64,000 bases of DNA, taken from NCBI GenBank assembly GCA_043228905.1, contig JBHGNT010000014.1, positions 16,058,001-16,122,000 of the forward strand, read 5' to 3'. The notes below the pieces were generated by a model. That model worked only from the letters and a program-made list of their open reading frames with translations, was not told the origin of the DNA and did no database searches. The stretch is from Azolla caroliniana (Eukaryota > Plantae > Polypodiophyta). Positions 40,101 through 51,400 of the stretch are shown in pieces (position 1 is the stretch's first letter; each line of letters starts with the position of its first letter). The position numbers and the translations under genes are program-made.

Positions 40101-43100
40101 ACCAAATGATCCACAGTGGAGTGTTTTGGTCTAAATCCTGCTTGCCCAAGTGCTCTTTTGCTTGTACTTTTAGCCCATGTGCTTATTTTTTGCTCCATAA
40201 TAGTGCTATATAATTTAGGAATAGTTGAGCTCACCATTATTGTATGATAAGTTGATACTTGATTCTTATCACCGGCTTTAAATATTGGTTTAATCCAATT
40301 CATAAGCCAATCATTTGGAAATCCTTGTTTTATAGCTTCCTCTATATAATTATCATTATCCAATGACGAGTATGTGGCATTGTGTCACGGACAAGTAGAC
40401 GAGGCTCAATACTAAGAAAGTGAGAGAGAGATCATAGACAAGATAATAAGAAAGAGAGAGAAAGTAGTCAAGAGAACAAGAACTGAATTATGATTTCTCT
40501 AAATGTAGCCCCATGCACAGACTCATTTTCATGCACAAGCTTTTAGAATGTTCTAGCTTTTGGAGCTTTCTGGAAGCTTCTAAAATCCTACATGTAGAAT
40601 AGATAATCTACAATAATCTAGTAAGGTAACATGATTATGTATTGGATGTATTGGTTAAAACATATCGATTAAATACAGTAGGTCATGAGTTCGAATCATG
40701 ACATGACTGTTGTCATGTCCATGACACATTGTCCAATTTAAAAGCTCACTTGAGATGTAGGTTGCATCCGTTGCTTTCCCACTCGCCATCTTCTTTATTC
40801 CCTTATTGACATCATCAATATTGATACATGTAGTGCATGGTTTTTCAATTTTCTCAACCATAGGAGCCACACCTTCATGCATATATAGCCTTTGTACATA
40901 GTTTAACATCTCTTCATTTGTAAAGTGGCCTTACACATCTTCTTTCTTACCCTTGAGTTGTTCCCATGCTAATTTTGGTTTGATTTTAAACAAGTTTTTC
41001 TTTTTCATCTTTTGCATTTGGAAATATCTTCTTTTCTTTCTCCTCATTACTTTCTTATATAGGTGCCATGCAACAATGTTTTCATTTTCCCCCTCTATGG
41101 ACTTAAACCATTTGAGATACATCTTACATTCATCGTCAAACCAAGAATTACATGGAAAACTGCACGTCTTATGCCCACCCACATGCCTCTTAAAGTATTG
41201 ATACCCAGCCTTAAGGATGATATCCTTCAAATGTTGCCAATTTTCTTTAACATTGTTGCATAGAGAAAAATTTAATAGATGGTTCTCCACTTCATTTCAA
41301 TACATCTTAGCTTTTTCATACAAGGTCGAATGATACATCTTTTTTCATCTTTCTCTCCATGGCATCTATTGGTGAAATGTGGAATTGCAAGCTCTAGGTA
41401 TAATGGCTTGTGCTCCGAGTCAGGAGATAGAGAACCAACTTTAAACACATTCACCAATGATAGATCACATGCCAACATTAATGCGTAATCAACCACACTT
41501 CCTCCACTTGAGGATGGTAAACATGTGAGCACATTTGTCAATGGGAATGCCTTTATACCATTTAGGATAATCAAGTTTGTGCAATTTAACATATGTATCA
41601 AAAGTTTTCCATAATCAGACATGACGCAATCCTTTGAGTCACACAATAGACAATGTTCTACTACATTTTTTTCAAATGTCTCCATGTTTTGGAAATTTCC
41701 AATTCTTGCATTCAAGTCTCCCATAATTAAAACTTTACCAAGCTTCTCAAATGAAAGTATATCATGGCATAATTCTGTAAAAGGATCATCACAATCTAAC
41801 CCAAACCTACTATAGTAGTTTGAGTCTTTGTGAGGAATGTAACATGCAACTATATACAACTTCTCTTTCCCCAAATTAACCTCTATCCATATGTATCTCT
41901 TATAGTCATCATATTTGCATACTTTGATAGAATTATCTAAGCTCTCATGGTAGATACATGTTATCTTGGCACGCCCAATATTCCCTTTGGAGTGAGGCCA
42001 TATCGATTTTATGAGGTAACCGTCTATCTTAGGTATACATTTTGCCTCATGCTCCCATGTTTCAGCCAAAAATATAATATCCATACCTTGACCTGCATCA
42101 TTGAGTCCTAAAGCCTTATTCTATGGATATCCTCTACAATTCCAAAACATTACTTTCAATCGTGAAGCACTTAAAGTCCCATAGGTCGTTGTTTGCTATG
42201 CCTTTTGATTTGCTTTCCTAGATGCATATGCTTGCGTTCTACGTTCTTGCTCTTGTGGAGTTCTATCCTCCGTTACAAAAAAACTTGTCCCTTTTAAGTA
42301 CACCTTACTACTATCTAGAATCATTGCCCTTTTACGTTCAACAAGGATTGTACAAACAATAGCTCGAGATGACTTTCCCTCTAATTGCTTTTTGCCAACC
42401 CTATATGCGGCATATGTAATAACATCTCGCATAGCAAAGTGATCTTCACAGATTCCATAATATTCTCTCCAAGACATAATGCATTCTCTGTTTCATTCTC
42501 TTACAGACCTCTAATGACAATATTATTCTTTCTTCTTTCGATTCCATATTGCTCCTTTGCATCTAACACATCCATGATATTAGAATGCCTTTGCGTGATT
42601 TTCGGTGTTTCTTTCAAGAGAACATCTTTCCACCTTGTCATGATCACATCTTCCTTCCCTTCAATTGTAGATTTTATTTCGACATTTTCCTTCACCAAAA
42701 TATCTTTTTCTGCTTCAAGACTCAACATTTTTCTTTCTATTTTAGGCATTTGATTATCTTGCATTTGAATAATCATGTTCTTCATTGAATGTCGTTCTTC
42801 ACGCAAAGCTTTAATCTCCAACTTTTGCATTTTCATTGTATGTTGAAGAGTTAATTCTCTCTCCTTACAACTATATATTTCGATTTGCATATGCATCATT
42901 GTCTCTTGCAATGAGATATACATAGCTGCCATCTTTTCTATTGGCAAAGTATGCATTTGATTGTTTGGGCTTTCAATCACATCATCATTGATTTTTACTC
43001 CTCTTGGCATATTTACTATTAATAAAGTGAAAGAAAAAGTAGAATGTACCTTTCAATCGATTTAGGGTTTCAAAATTTACCTTGAGTTTGAGGAACCGCG

Positions 43101-43345
43101 GGGCAAAGAAGGCTGCGGTAAAAAATGGTCATAACTTCTCACAACTATAACGGAATTCAGCAAATAAACATTCCTTAGAAAGCTCTCTAAAGGAGCTTTC
43201 CAACGAGCTATAGAATGCAAAAAACGATGGAGGGGGAGAAACGGGCACACAGAAGAAAGAAAGAGGAGGAGAAAGAAGGATATATTAACGTCTTTTAAGA
43301 GGCCAAAATGGCCTATATGACCAAATAAGAGATTACATCTTAAGT

Positions 43346-43406
<61 letters not shown>

Positions 43407-46006
43407 AGACTAGGAAGTTGTAACAATGGGTTTTACATGCAATTAATATAAATGTGTGCTTTTAGTAGAGAGAGATAGATAGATAGATTATATTATCATC
43501 TTACGAGGTCAAATATGACCTATGAGACCAAAAATATTACATTTCACGTGAGACATGTGAAAGTGAGTAGCGACTCTTGATGTTCAAGAACTTTACCAAT
43601 GAATCTTGCAATCGAGAGTGCACATTGTGGTTGTGAGAGAAGTTCGTGCAAGGATTGGGCTTGGTCGAAGATGTGTGGAAAGCATGGTCGAATATGATCA
43701 AAGGTAGAGCATTTTATCAAAGTGTGATACTCAGACTCTCGAACTTATTGAGTGCAAAGTGTGTATAGTCGACCACTCTCATCACTTGTGCCCTAACGCC
43801 TTGTCTCATATTGTAGTTAGGTACAACATGTGTAGTATAGTGTGTGAAGCGTGAGCCTTCACATTTTTCCCATGTCATGATATATTGGCTTTGCAAAAAG
43901 GCCTCATTTATAGTGGAATCTAGTGATGCATCATGAAGCAAATGTGTTGCATCCCATATACCAAACCACTTTTTCATATCTTGCATCCAACTGGAACACA
44001 AAATTTTGCTTTTATGTGTCTTTTGAATATTTTTGCTTATTTCCCATTCGATTCTAGGAAGTCGATATGAGGGACATTTTTGAATCTTAAGCATTTATTC
44101 AACAACCCTTTCCATGGCCATGATCTCGGCTTCTCTTGCGATTTTAGGGAGTCGATGTGAACATATAACCTTCTTATATATTCGGAAGATTGCAAGCATA
44201 TATTCACTTGGCACCTTGAGTTTTTCCATTTGTCTCCAAAGATGCTCATGAGGTACCATATCAAAAGCTTTCTTAAAGTCTATGAAGCAACAATATCAAC
44301 CTTTACCTCCAATGCAACTTTCATCCATTAATACTCGAAGGGTTACAAGGTGATCAATGGTGTTATGGTGTTTTCGAAAGCCAGCCTGTTCATAAGATCT
44401 TTTACTAGTTCTTTTAGCCCATGCACATATCTTTGATTCCATTATACATCCAAATAGTTTTGTCATTAGTGAGCAAACCATGATGGTTTGATAGTTGTTT
44501 ATGTTATTTACATCTCCATCTTGATGGAAAGGTTTGATCCAATTTGTAGTCCAATCGTATGTCATATCATCTTGCAATCTATGATTAAACATATTATCTA
44601 TCCATGCATGTGCTTCCTTTCCTGTTTATTTGAGCATTCCAACCTTTATACATTGAAGATCGTTTGCCTTTTGAGAGGCCAATTTCATAAGTCCTATGCA
44701 TATATCTCTGATTGTAAAGAAGGGAGACATATGTGAAATAGAACCATAACACATGATTTTTCCGACAATAGATAGCTCATATAGATTCTTACAATAAATG
44801 GACAAGTGAAGAAGAGTTAAGTCACCATAACTCTCAACACGTTTCCCTGTTAGATTTTCCCAAAAGCACATGCATGTTCTTTCTCTTGCGTTTGGAGAAA
44901 TTGTTGAGTAACTTCCTATATTCTTCTTTCTTTGAATAAGCCTTTTGTACTCATGCAAATGCTTTTGGTAATTTTCTTTATCTTTAACTACATCTAAAAT
45001 CATAAGGCGCTTTCGAGCTTCATGTCATTCTTTATGAAACCATTTTTTCTTTGAACTACGTTTCTTGATGCATTTCCAAGATGTGTGCGTGGTCGAAAAA
45101 CATTCGTTTGTGCATGAGAGAATGACTTTCTTAAAAGCTTCCCATTTGCATTCTAGTGTGGCACCATGTTGTATCTTTTTCATTTGCATCCTCAATTGTC
45201 TTGGAATATATGGGCACTCGCTTAAGGTTCATCCTCAAGTGGGGTTGTTTATTATCTTTAATGGCCTTCTCACAATCAAACCTATGCATACACTTGAGGT
45301 CAATACATAAAGCCCTATGATCGGATTCCAGTGTCCATTCACCAATTGAGAACTTATGTATACAATCCAAAATATCTTCGGAAAGTAGCACATAATCAAT
45401 TACACTATTTCCATTGTATTTTCTACATGTAAAACCATTAGTGTTGGGCCATAAGGAGACACGCAATTCGATACTATTGCTCATTTGTAGAGTAACTTCC
45501 CAAATTGGTCCAGATCTTTTTCATCGCTAAAAGAGAGGCTATACATTTGTATATCCTCTTGCATCCTTGGAAACTTCTTGTACAGGCATTCATGTCACCA
45601 AAGACAATAACTTCCCCTTTGGATTTGAAATAAGCAATATCATCTTCTACATTGGCAACATGTTGATCTTTATACAAAGAATCTCGAGGAGGAATGTAAT
45701 ATCCAACTACAAAAGTGGGCAAATCATTAGGTGGATATTATAGCCATATGCATTTATATTCATCATTTTTTATGATTGACATATACTTCTCTATTTCCTT
45801 CTTAATCAAACATGCCTCCCCTCCTTGTCCTCTTCTTTGCCATCCCTCCTCCAATATCAAAGAGTGTACACTATAGTTTCTTAAACCTTGAATCCATTGA
45901 GTATCATGCTCCCATGTTTTAACAAGAAGTGTGATATCCGAGTCATCGGTGAACTCCTCTATTCCAAATCACGCATTCCATGGGTATTCATTGCAATTCC
46001 AAAAGC

Positions 46007-46037
<31 letters not shown>

Positions 46038-46815
46038 AAGAAAGAAAGATATATTAACGTCTTCTAAGGCCAAAATTGGCCCATGAGACAAACGGTTTAC
46101 AACAAAAAATGGGATATTTACCCATTCATTGAAAGTAAAAAATAAAAATAGAGCTTTAAGCTAAATAGTTCTAGTAAAATAACAAACATGTTCTACAACG
46201 AAAATGATGTTATACTTTCAAAGAGAAACGAGAGGTCAAAGGGTTTCGATGTGGATGTGGCATGTGGCCCCAATGTGAAAGGTACCCCAACCATAGCTTC
46301 TAGTCGACATAGCTCACATTCCCTTATCTTCTTAATCCTTTCTACTCCGTGTCGACTTGTTTTGAAGCCCAACATCCAAGGGTGTTTGGTTGTTCTTTGC
46401 GTTTCGGCTTCCTCAGGAGAGAGGCCGAGCGGCGTAAGTGTATTCACATTCATCGTCTCCCCTTGTTCCTGAAATATTACACTAGTTACAAGTTGATGAA
46501 TAGTAAAAGGGTTATGGGCAACACTTTGTAATTTCTCCCTATGTTGTTTTAGCTTTGAGAGAGAGAGAGGACTAGGAAGTTGTAAAAGTGGGTTTTATAT
46601 GCAATTAATATAAATGCGTATTTTTACTGGAGAGAGAAAACTTGGAAGTTGTAATAGTGGGTTGTACATGCAATTAATATTAATGTGTGTTTTTTCAGTC
46701 TAAAAGGAAGACGCCTGATCAGCTTGTGCATGAAAGACATTGGAACAAAACTAAAACAGATTTAGACAACTATCTTCGGAGTTTTCGGGACTATCCTATT
46801 TCAAATTGGTTCTAG
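31115..46815 (+). CDS. PTAC6: Plastid transcriptionally active chromosome protein 6 (PEP-associated protein PAP8)
   Basis: Exons 31115-31789, 32274-32342, 32504-32608, 33372-33491, 35506-35595, 46699-46815, all phase 0 GT-AG. They give VDYKINEDEFHKLSLQHCDFFIRK..YDFRE|MYVTAPDTDIY..FVLDFEQIYVIDSK..VPGG..RDYPISNWF*, the pTAC6 signature. Confidence 0.93.
33996..34080 (+). mobile_element. Very short LINE 3'-end insertion
   Basis: ACACTTAAGAT.CTCTTATTTGGTC.TATAGGCCATTTTGGCCTCTTAAAAGACGTTAATATATC plus TTTA/TTTC tail; nearly identical to 43262-43347 (-). Confidence 0.75.
35847..35900 (-). mobile_element. Short LINE 3'-end with (TATC)n tail
   Basis: Minus strand CTCATAGGTCATATTTGACCTCTGAAGACGATATAAAATCTATCTATCT, the same terminus as 43470-43530. 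Confidence 0.7.
36420..36960 (-). mobile_element. Ty1/copia RT remnant
   Basis: EGEPLTLNE...MQAEIKALHANDT*DLV..GKNGIPNRWV resembles the copia RT N-terminus EP-T-EA..M-E-AL-N-TW-LV..KWV; left boundary uncertain. Confidence 0.6.
37560..38350 (-). mobile_element. Older degenerate RT fragment of the same LINE group
   Basis: PTLFDLCIDKLEE and WEVRLMLFHAMV segments parallel to the neighbouring LINE ORF2; heavily disrupted. Confidence 0.65.
38404..43250 (-). mobile_element. Near full-length RTE-X/L2-type LINE (ORF1, APE endonuclease, RT, C-terminal zinc finger), inactivated
   Basis: ORF1 43010-42196 is coiled-coil with ERRKNNIVIRGL and FFVTEDRTPQE. ORF2 has WNCRG, LAETW, GDLNARIG, VDY, SEHKP, then QAGFR, VDFKKAFD, GVKQGCPLSPTLF, LLYADD, FKYLG, and CKVC-EDECHLLFTC. 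3' hairpin and (TTCTAA)n tail; several stops and frameshifts. Confidence 0.93.
40383..40726. mobile_element. Solo LTR (344 bp) nested in the LINE ORF2
   Basis: TGTCACGGACA...TGTCCATGACA termini; CATTG duplicated at 40378-40382 and 40727-40731; removing it rejoins LINE coding sequence SELLNWTM-PHTRHWI. Confidence 0.9.
43262..43347 (-). mobile_element. Very short LINE 3'-end inserted at a (TC)n tract
   Basis: Same sequence as 33996-34080; abuts (GA)n 43348-43402 on one side and the 5' end of the full-length LINE on the other. Confidence 0.75.
43470..46008 (-). mobile_element. Second, internally deleted LINE (endonuclease, partial RT, 3' end)
   Basis: LFWNCNEYPW, GDMNA, SVIDYVL, SDHRAL, EQAGFRK, IDFKKAFD, then a jump near 44150 to C-terminal sequence (YADD region missing); EYHTLIKCSTFDHIR; hairpin and (TATC)n tail. 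Confidence 0.85.
46010..46555 (-). mobile_element. 5'-truncated LINE 3' end, same subfamily as 1635-2513
   Basis: KLKQHRE...PLGLSPEEAETQRTTKHPWMLGFK aligns with 1970-2300; hairpin and (TTTC)n/(TC)n tail. Confidence 0.85.
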
Positions 46816-48446
46816 AGATATCACCTTCTCAAGTATTCATAATGTATTGTACATGGTTAGAGTATTGGAAATGCAGTGTTGAATTTTATTAATGTCATTA
46901 TTTTTATGTGCAGTCTGATTTCACCTTCGTTGCATCTAATCAAAACATCTCCTTCAATGTGATCATAATTGAAATATATGTGCTATTACAGATAGATGTG
47001 CTAATAGAGCAGCTACAAGTTTTGATTTGGAACTTCTGAGAATAAATTGTATGATTGAATTTGGGGAGAGTTTACATGATTTAAGGGGAAAGGCCAATTC
47101 TTATTTATGGTGGTGCCAATCATGTGACATTTGTAGCTACTGTCAATTCAGACATGCCTCGTAAATTTGCTAAATTAAAATACCCATATAGGATTAGTGC
47201 ATTTTGAGCAAAAACAATGTGTTTAGGGTTACATGTTTTTAGATGGGTTTCTTCAATTATTGATATAATGAGAGTCTGGATGTGTCTTCAAGACATTGAG
47301 GCTGAAGGATCATGGCCTAGATTCTACTAGGGAAAGGATCCAGTTTGAGCATTAGGTGATATCCAATACCTTTTCCACACTTTGGTGACCCCATTGGCTT
47401 CTCTATGGGGTGCCAGGTGGTAGCAACCCTAAGTTCAATTGAAAAGAGTTTGGTCCAAACAAATGTCAATAGCTGCTTTTCTATAACTGGTCTTCTCTAT
47501 TAACTTTTTAACCTACATAGGTTGATGGATATTCTATAAAGCCATCAGAAAACATAAATACATATTCTCGGAAAATCTGCACACAAGAATGCTTTAGAAC
47601 TTCAACATAGCCTTTCAATCCATGTCTACCAAAAACATATAAGTGTTAAGCACACTCTAATTGTACTGCAACCCCCAATATCACAAAACTTAGAACAAGA
47701 TTTGTTACTCATCATTTGGACCATTTTGAGCATATTAAAAAAAAACATTGTTGAGGCATCAAGTAATCAATGTTTTATATATTACAAACTTTCAAATTTT
47801 AAGGTCTTCTATTGGTGAAGTTCTTGAACATCAACAGTAATAAAGGTGACCAAAAAGGTGGTTTCCATAGCTAGCTAGCTATAACCTACTAGCATTATAC
47901 TCTTTATACTAATAAGTTTACACAGAAAGACAGCTTGTGGGAGGACCATAGTTTCTACACATATATTGTATACAAGGCTAAGCTACGTCAAGGTTAATAA
48001 TTATTAGTTTTTACCTTTGAGACATTATTGAAGAAGTAAAAAACAAATATTGAAGAAGAAAAGGATCAGATGTGACACAAATATCGCAGACCAAACATTG
48101 AAGTGGGGGTGTATCCTTCAGGGTTCTCTTTTTAAGGTCAAGTTTGCAAAGAGATATCTACTAGCAATTAAGTTGGTTTGATGCAAACATGGTTTGTATC
48201 AAGTTCCATAAGGCTTCCATTCTCCAATGATTATTTGGAATATGTATTAGATCAAGAATCTAAAATGACTAAAAAACAAGAATGTAAATTAGAATGCTAC
48301 AACTGTGCATTTCATTCCAAAAAATATGCCAGTGTAAAAGAATTTTCATAATAAAATAATAGCATTACACAGAGGCTCGCTACAAGAAATGACCCCCATA
48401 TACTCTGAATTACCCATACAAAAACAATGAACCGCAGGACCTGACA

Positions 48447-51400
48447 TTAATATCTATACACAGGGCCACCTGAAGAAGATGGTGGGACAGGAGGCAAACG
48501 AGAAGGTATTCTTCTATTGGAATATATATCACCATTTTGTTCCGAGTCACTAAACCTTTGACTATGTCCTCCATTTGCAAATCCATTATTTACTGAGTTT
48601 TGATCTAAAGATCCCCGATAGTTAGCATTTCCAGCATCTTCAAATGCAACCCGCCAATCCTCACCCCTAGTGGAAACATCACTCTGTGATGGTGCTGGAA
48701 GCCCAATTGTTTTAGAAATTTTTAAGCCAAAAAAATAGCAAAATCAATGGTTCTGCAACTTTAGCTTACCTCCACTAGACCACCCAGTTGTTGAAGCGTG
48801 AGACTCACGCACACTTAATTGTCTTGTTAGACGAGAAAGCAAGGAAGATTGACGTCTAACTCGCTCACGGCGTCTCTTAACATCTTGATCCTCTTGCAAA
48901 AGTTCCTGAATAACTTCATTTGTTTTCGCACTGCATTACACAAAAAAGGGAGTCAATAACATATCATAATAAATTAAGCTACATATGTTGCCCACATTGC
49001 AACCCCACCAAGATTTACCTGATAGAGCTATAGAGTTGGTTGAGCATTGCATCTTTAGCTCTCTCAACTTGACACAGAACAACCGCCTGTGACAAAATTC
49101 AACATTAACCATGATGTAAACAAAATAATATCCTGAACAAATGAAAGAACAAAAAACTCACTTTAGGGATATTTGCTGCTAAACTGTTTAAAACAGCTTC
49201 GACATAATCCCGTACTTCTTGAGCCATCAGTTTCAAGTCTTCATCTGGATCAAGCGGCCTTCTCACAGCGGTATCCTGTAGATTGTCAGTGAAATCTTAT
49301 GGCCATACTGAAGACACCCTCAAATTTCAGATTAACATATTTGGGACACCAGAGTTATAGGTTTTATGTCTTCAGTTCATATATAGACAAAATTCACATA
49401 CATAATTCATTGACATGTTTGGAATAACTTTAGTAACCCATTAGAAACAGAGATGAGCACACATACAAGTGAACCATCTGATAAACTTGTTCTCATTGTA
49501 GGGGTTGTGCCATTTGAGGAGCCTTTCACAGGGGAATTCCCTTTACCTCCCTGAGCTTTAATCAACAGTTTAGCCATCCATTCCTTTCTGTCTATGGCAG
49601 TCTCAGCCTTAAGTATTACTGCATGGTGTGCTGCAGATATCACTGTTGCCTTAGAATCATAAACTAACAGTAAAGCTTCGACACCCTAAAGCAAGTTAAA
49701 CAAGCATACCTTTTACAACAGTCTTATATGATACTTTATTGCTAATTTTGAAGAAGAATCCTTCACTGGTGTCTTGTGCATTTCCTTTGTCCTTCTTAGA
49801 GCTCTTAGATTTTGATGGTGGCTGCGCCTCATCAGCACCTGTATCCTTATCGGACCACTCTTCAACAATACATTCCTGTACGTTATGTCATCATATCAAC
49901 ATAAATGAGTGTAAATCCTAGATAAACAAGAAGATAACGCATGGTTTAACCGAACTACCTCCAAGTTTATGACTCCTCTGAAAAGCTTCTCATCGGAGCT
50001 TTTCGTATACCCAAGCTGTTGATAATAGAATCAAGATATCAGAGAGTTTATTTTGCTTGCCAAAACTAAAAAGCACGATTTTTTAGTGTAAATTACCTTT
50101 CCATTTTTCTCATTGAGAACAAACCAGCGTTTCTTCCAAGCAGTTGACTTCGTACTTTTTTTAAACAGATATCCTATATAAGATGTCAGCATGCAGAATA
50201 TTAATATAAATCTGGATGATATTAAAACTAAAAGCTTCTAGCTGGGCACAGTTAAGTATTGGTCCATCTTCCATACAATTAAGTAAATAGACTTAAATTG
50301 TTAACAAAAGTAAATCACCGATGTCTGAGATTGATTACCTGCTGTCAGCTCCCCAGCAGCTCCAGCGGTTTGCAGTGATGATGTTTCTTTTGTATCCTTT
50401 TCTGTTGCTCCTTTGTCTTTCAACGATTTTAAACTCCCACCTGTTTGTGGGGGCGGTGTGGATGACTAGAAAATAGATATAAAACGTGCATCAAATCACC
50501 CATTTGTCAATTCAAACATACATGAAAGCATAGAAAACAATTCCAAAGCATGAAACATCCTTGATATAAGTGTTGTTAATATAGGGAAGGCATACCCTGT
50601 TCACGAGAGATTGCTCCATTTCTTGACCTTTTTTTGATGATCTTTGTTTTAGTTCATCTTCACGTCGTTGTCTGTCAATTCTGTGCAAAAAAATGAGCAT
50701 GGACCTCAGAGTAATTATAGAAAAACTGCTTCTATTGTGGGCCCAAAGTACAGGGTGATTTCATTCCAGTGCCAATAAGGAGGTTTATTGCAAAGATATT
50801 CACCCAAACTATATAAATAATTTTTTATGAATCCGAAATTTCTATCTTTTGACCCAACATATCCAATCTTATACATCATGCAGAGTCAAGTACAGGACTC
50901 AAGCTGATCAAATACAGGTTTCTCAACTGAGTGAGATCAAATCCAAGATCAAACTCAGTTTCCTAGTGGTGCAGCCAAAACTGCAGGTGGAACAATAGTT
51001 GCTAGATAACAATGGCAGCAAGTAATATGAAAGGAATGCCAGGAACTTAATACATGCGGTTCATATATAGATATATACAAGCATATGTAATGTACATATA
51101 CATAAATAGGCAATCATTTCATATACATTCTAAATTTTATTTAAAATCAAGTCAAAAGAATTAGATAACTATACAAATATACATACATGCATATATTGTA
51201 CTGAGTATGCAAATATACACATGATATATAAATATTATTATGAATATGAAAATAGAAAGAGATTAAAGAAAATTGATTTGTAAACCACAAACAGGTCTGA
51301 CAATATTTGCAAATCTTCTATTTGATTCCTAATTCATGAGGAAAAACCTCAAATTAGTGCATTAATACCTCCGTTGAACTAATCGAATGAAGTGTTGCGG

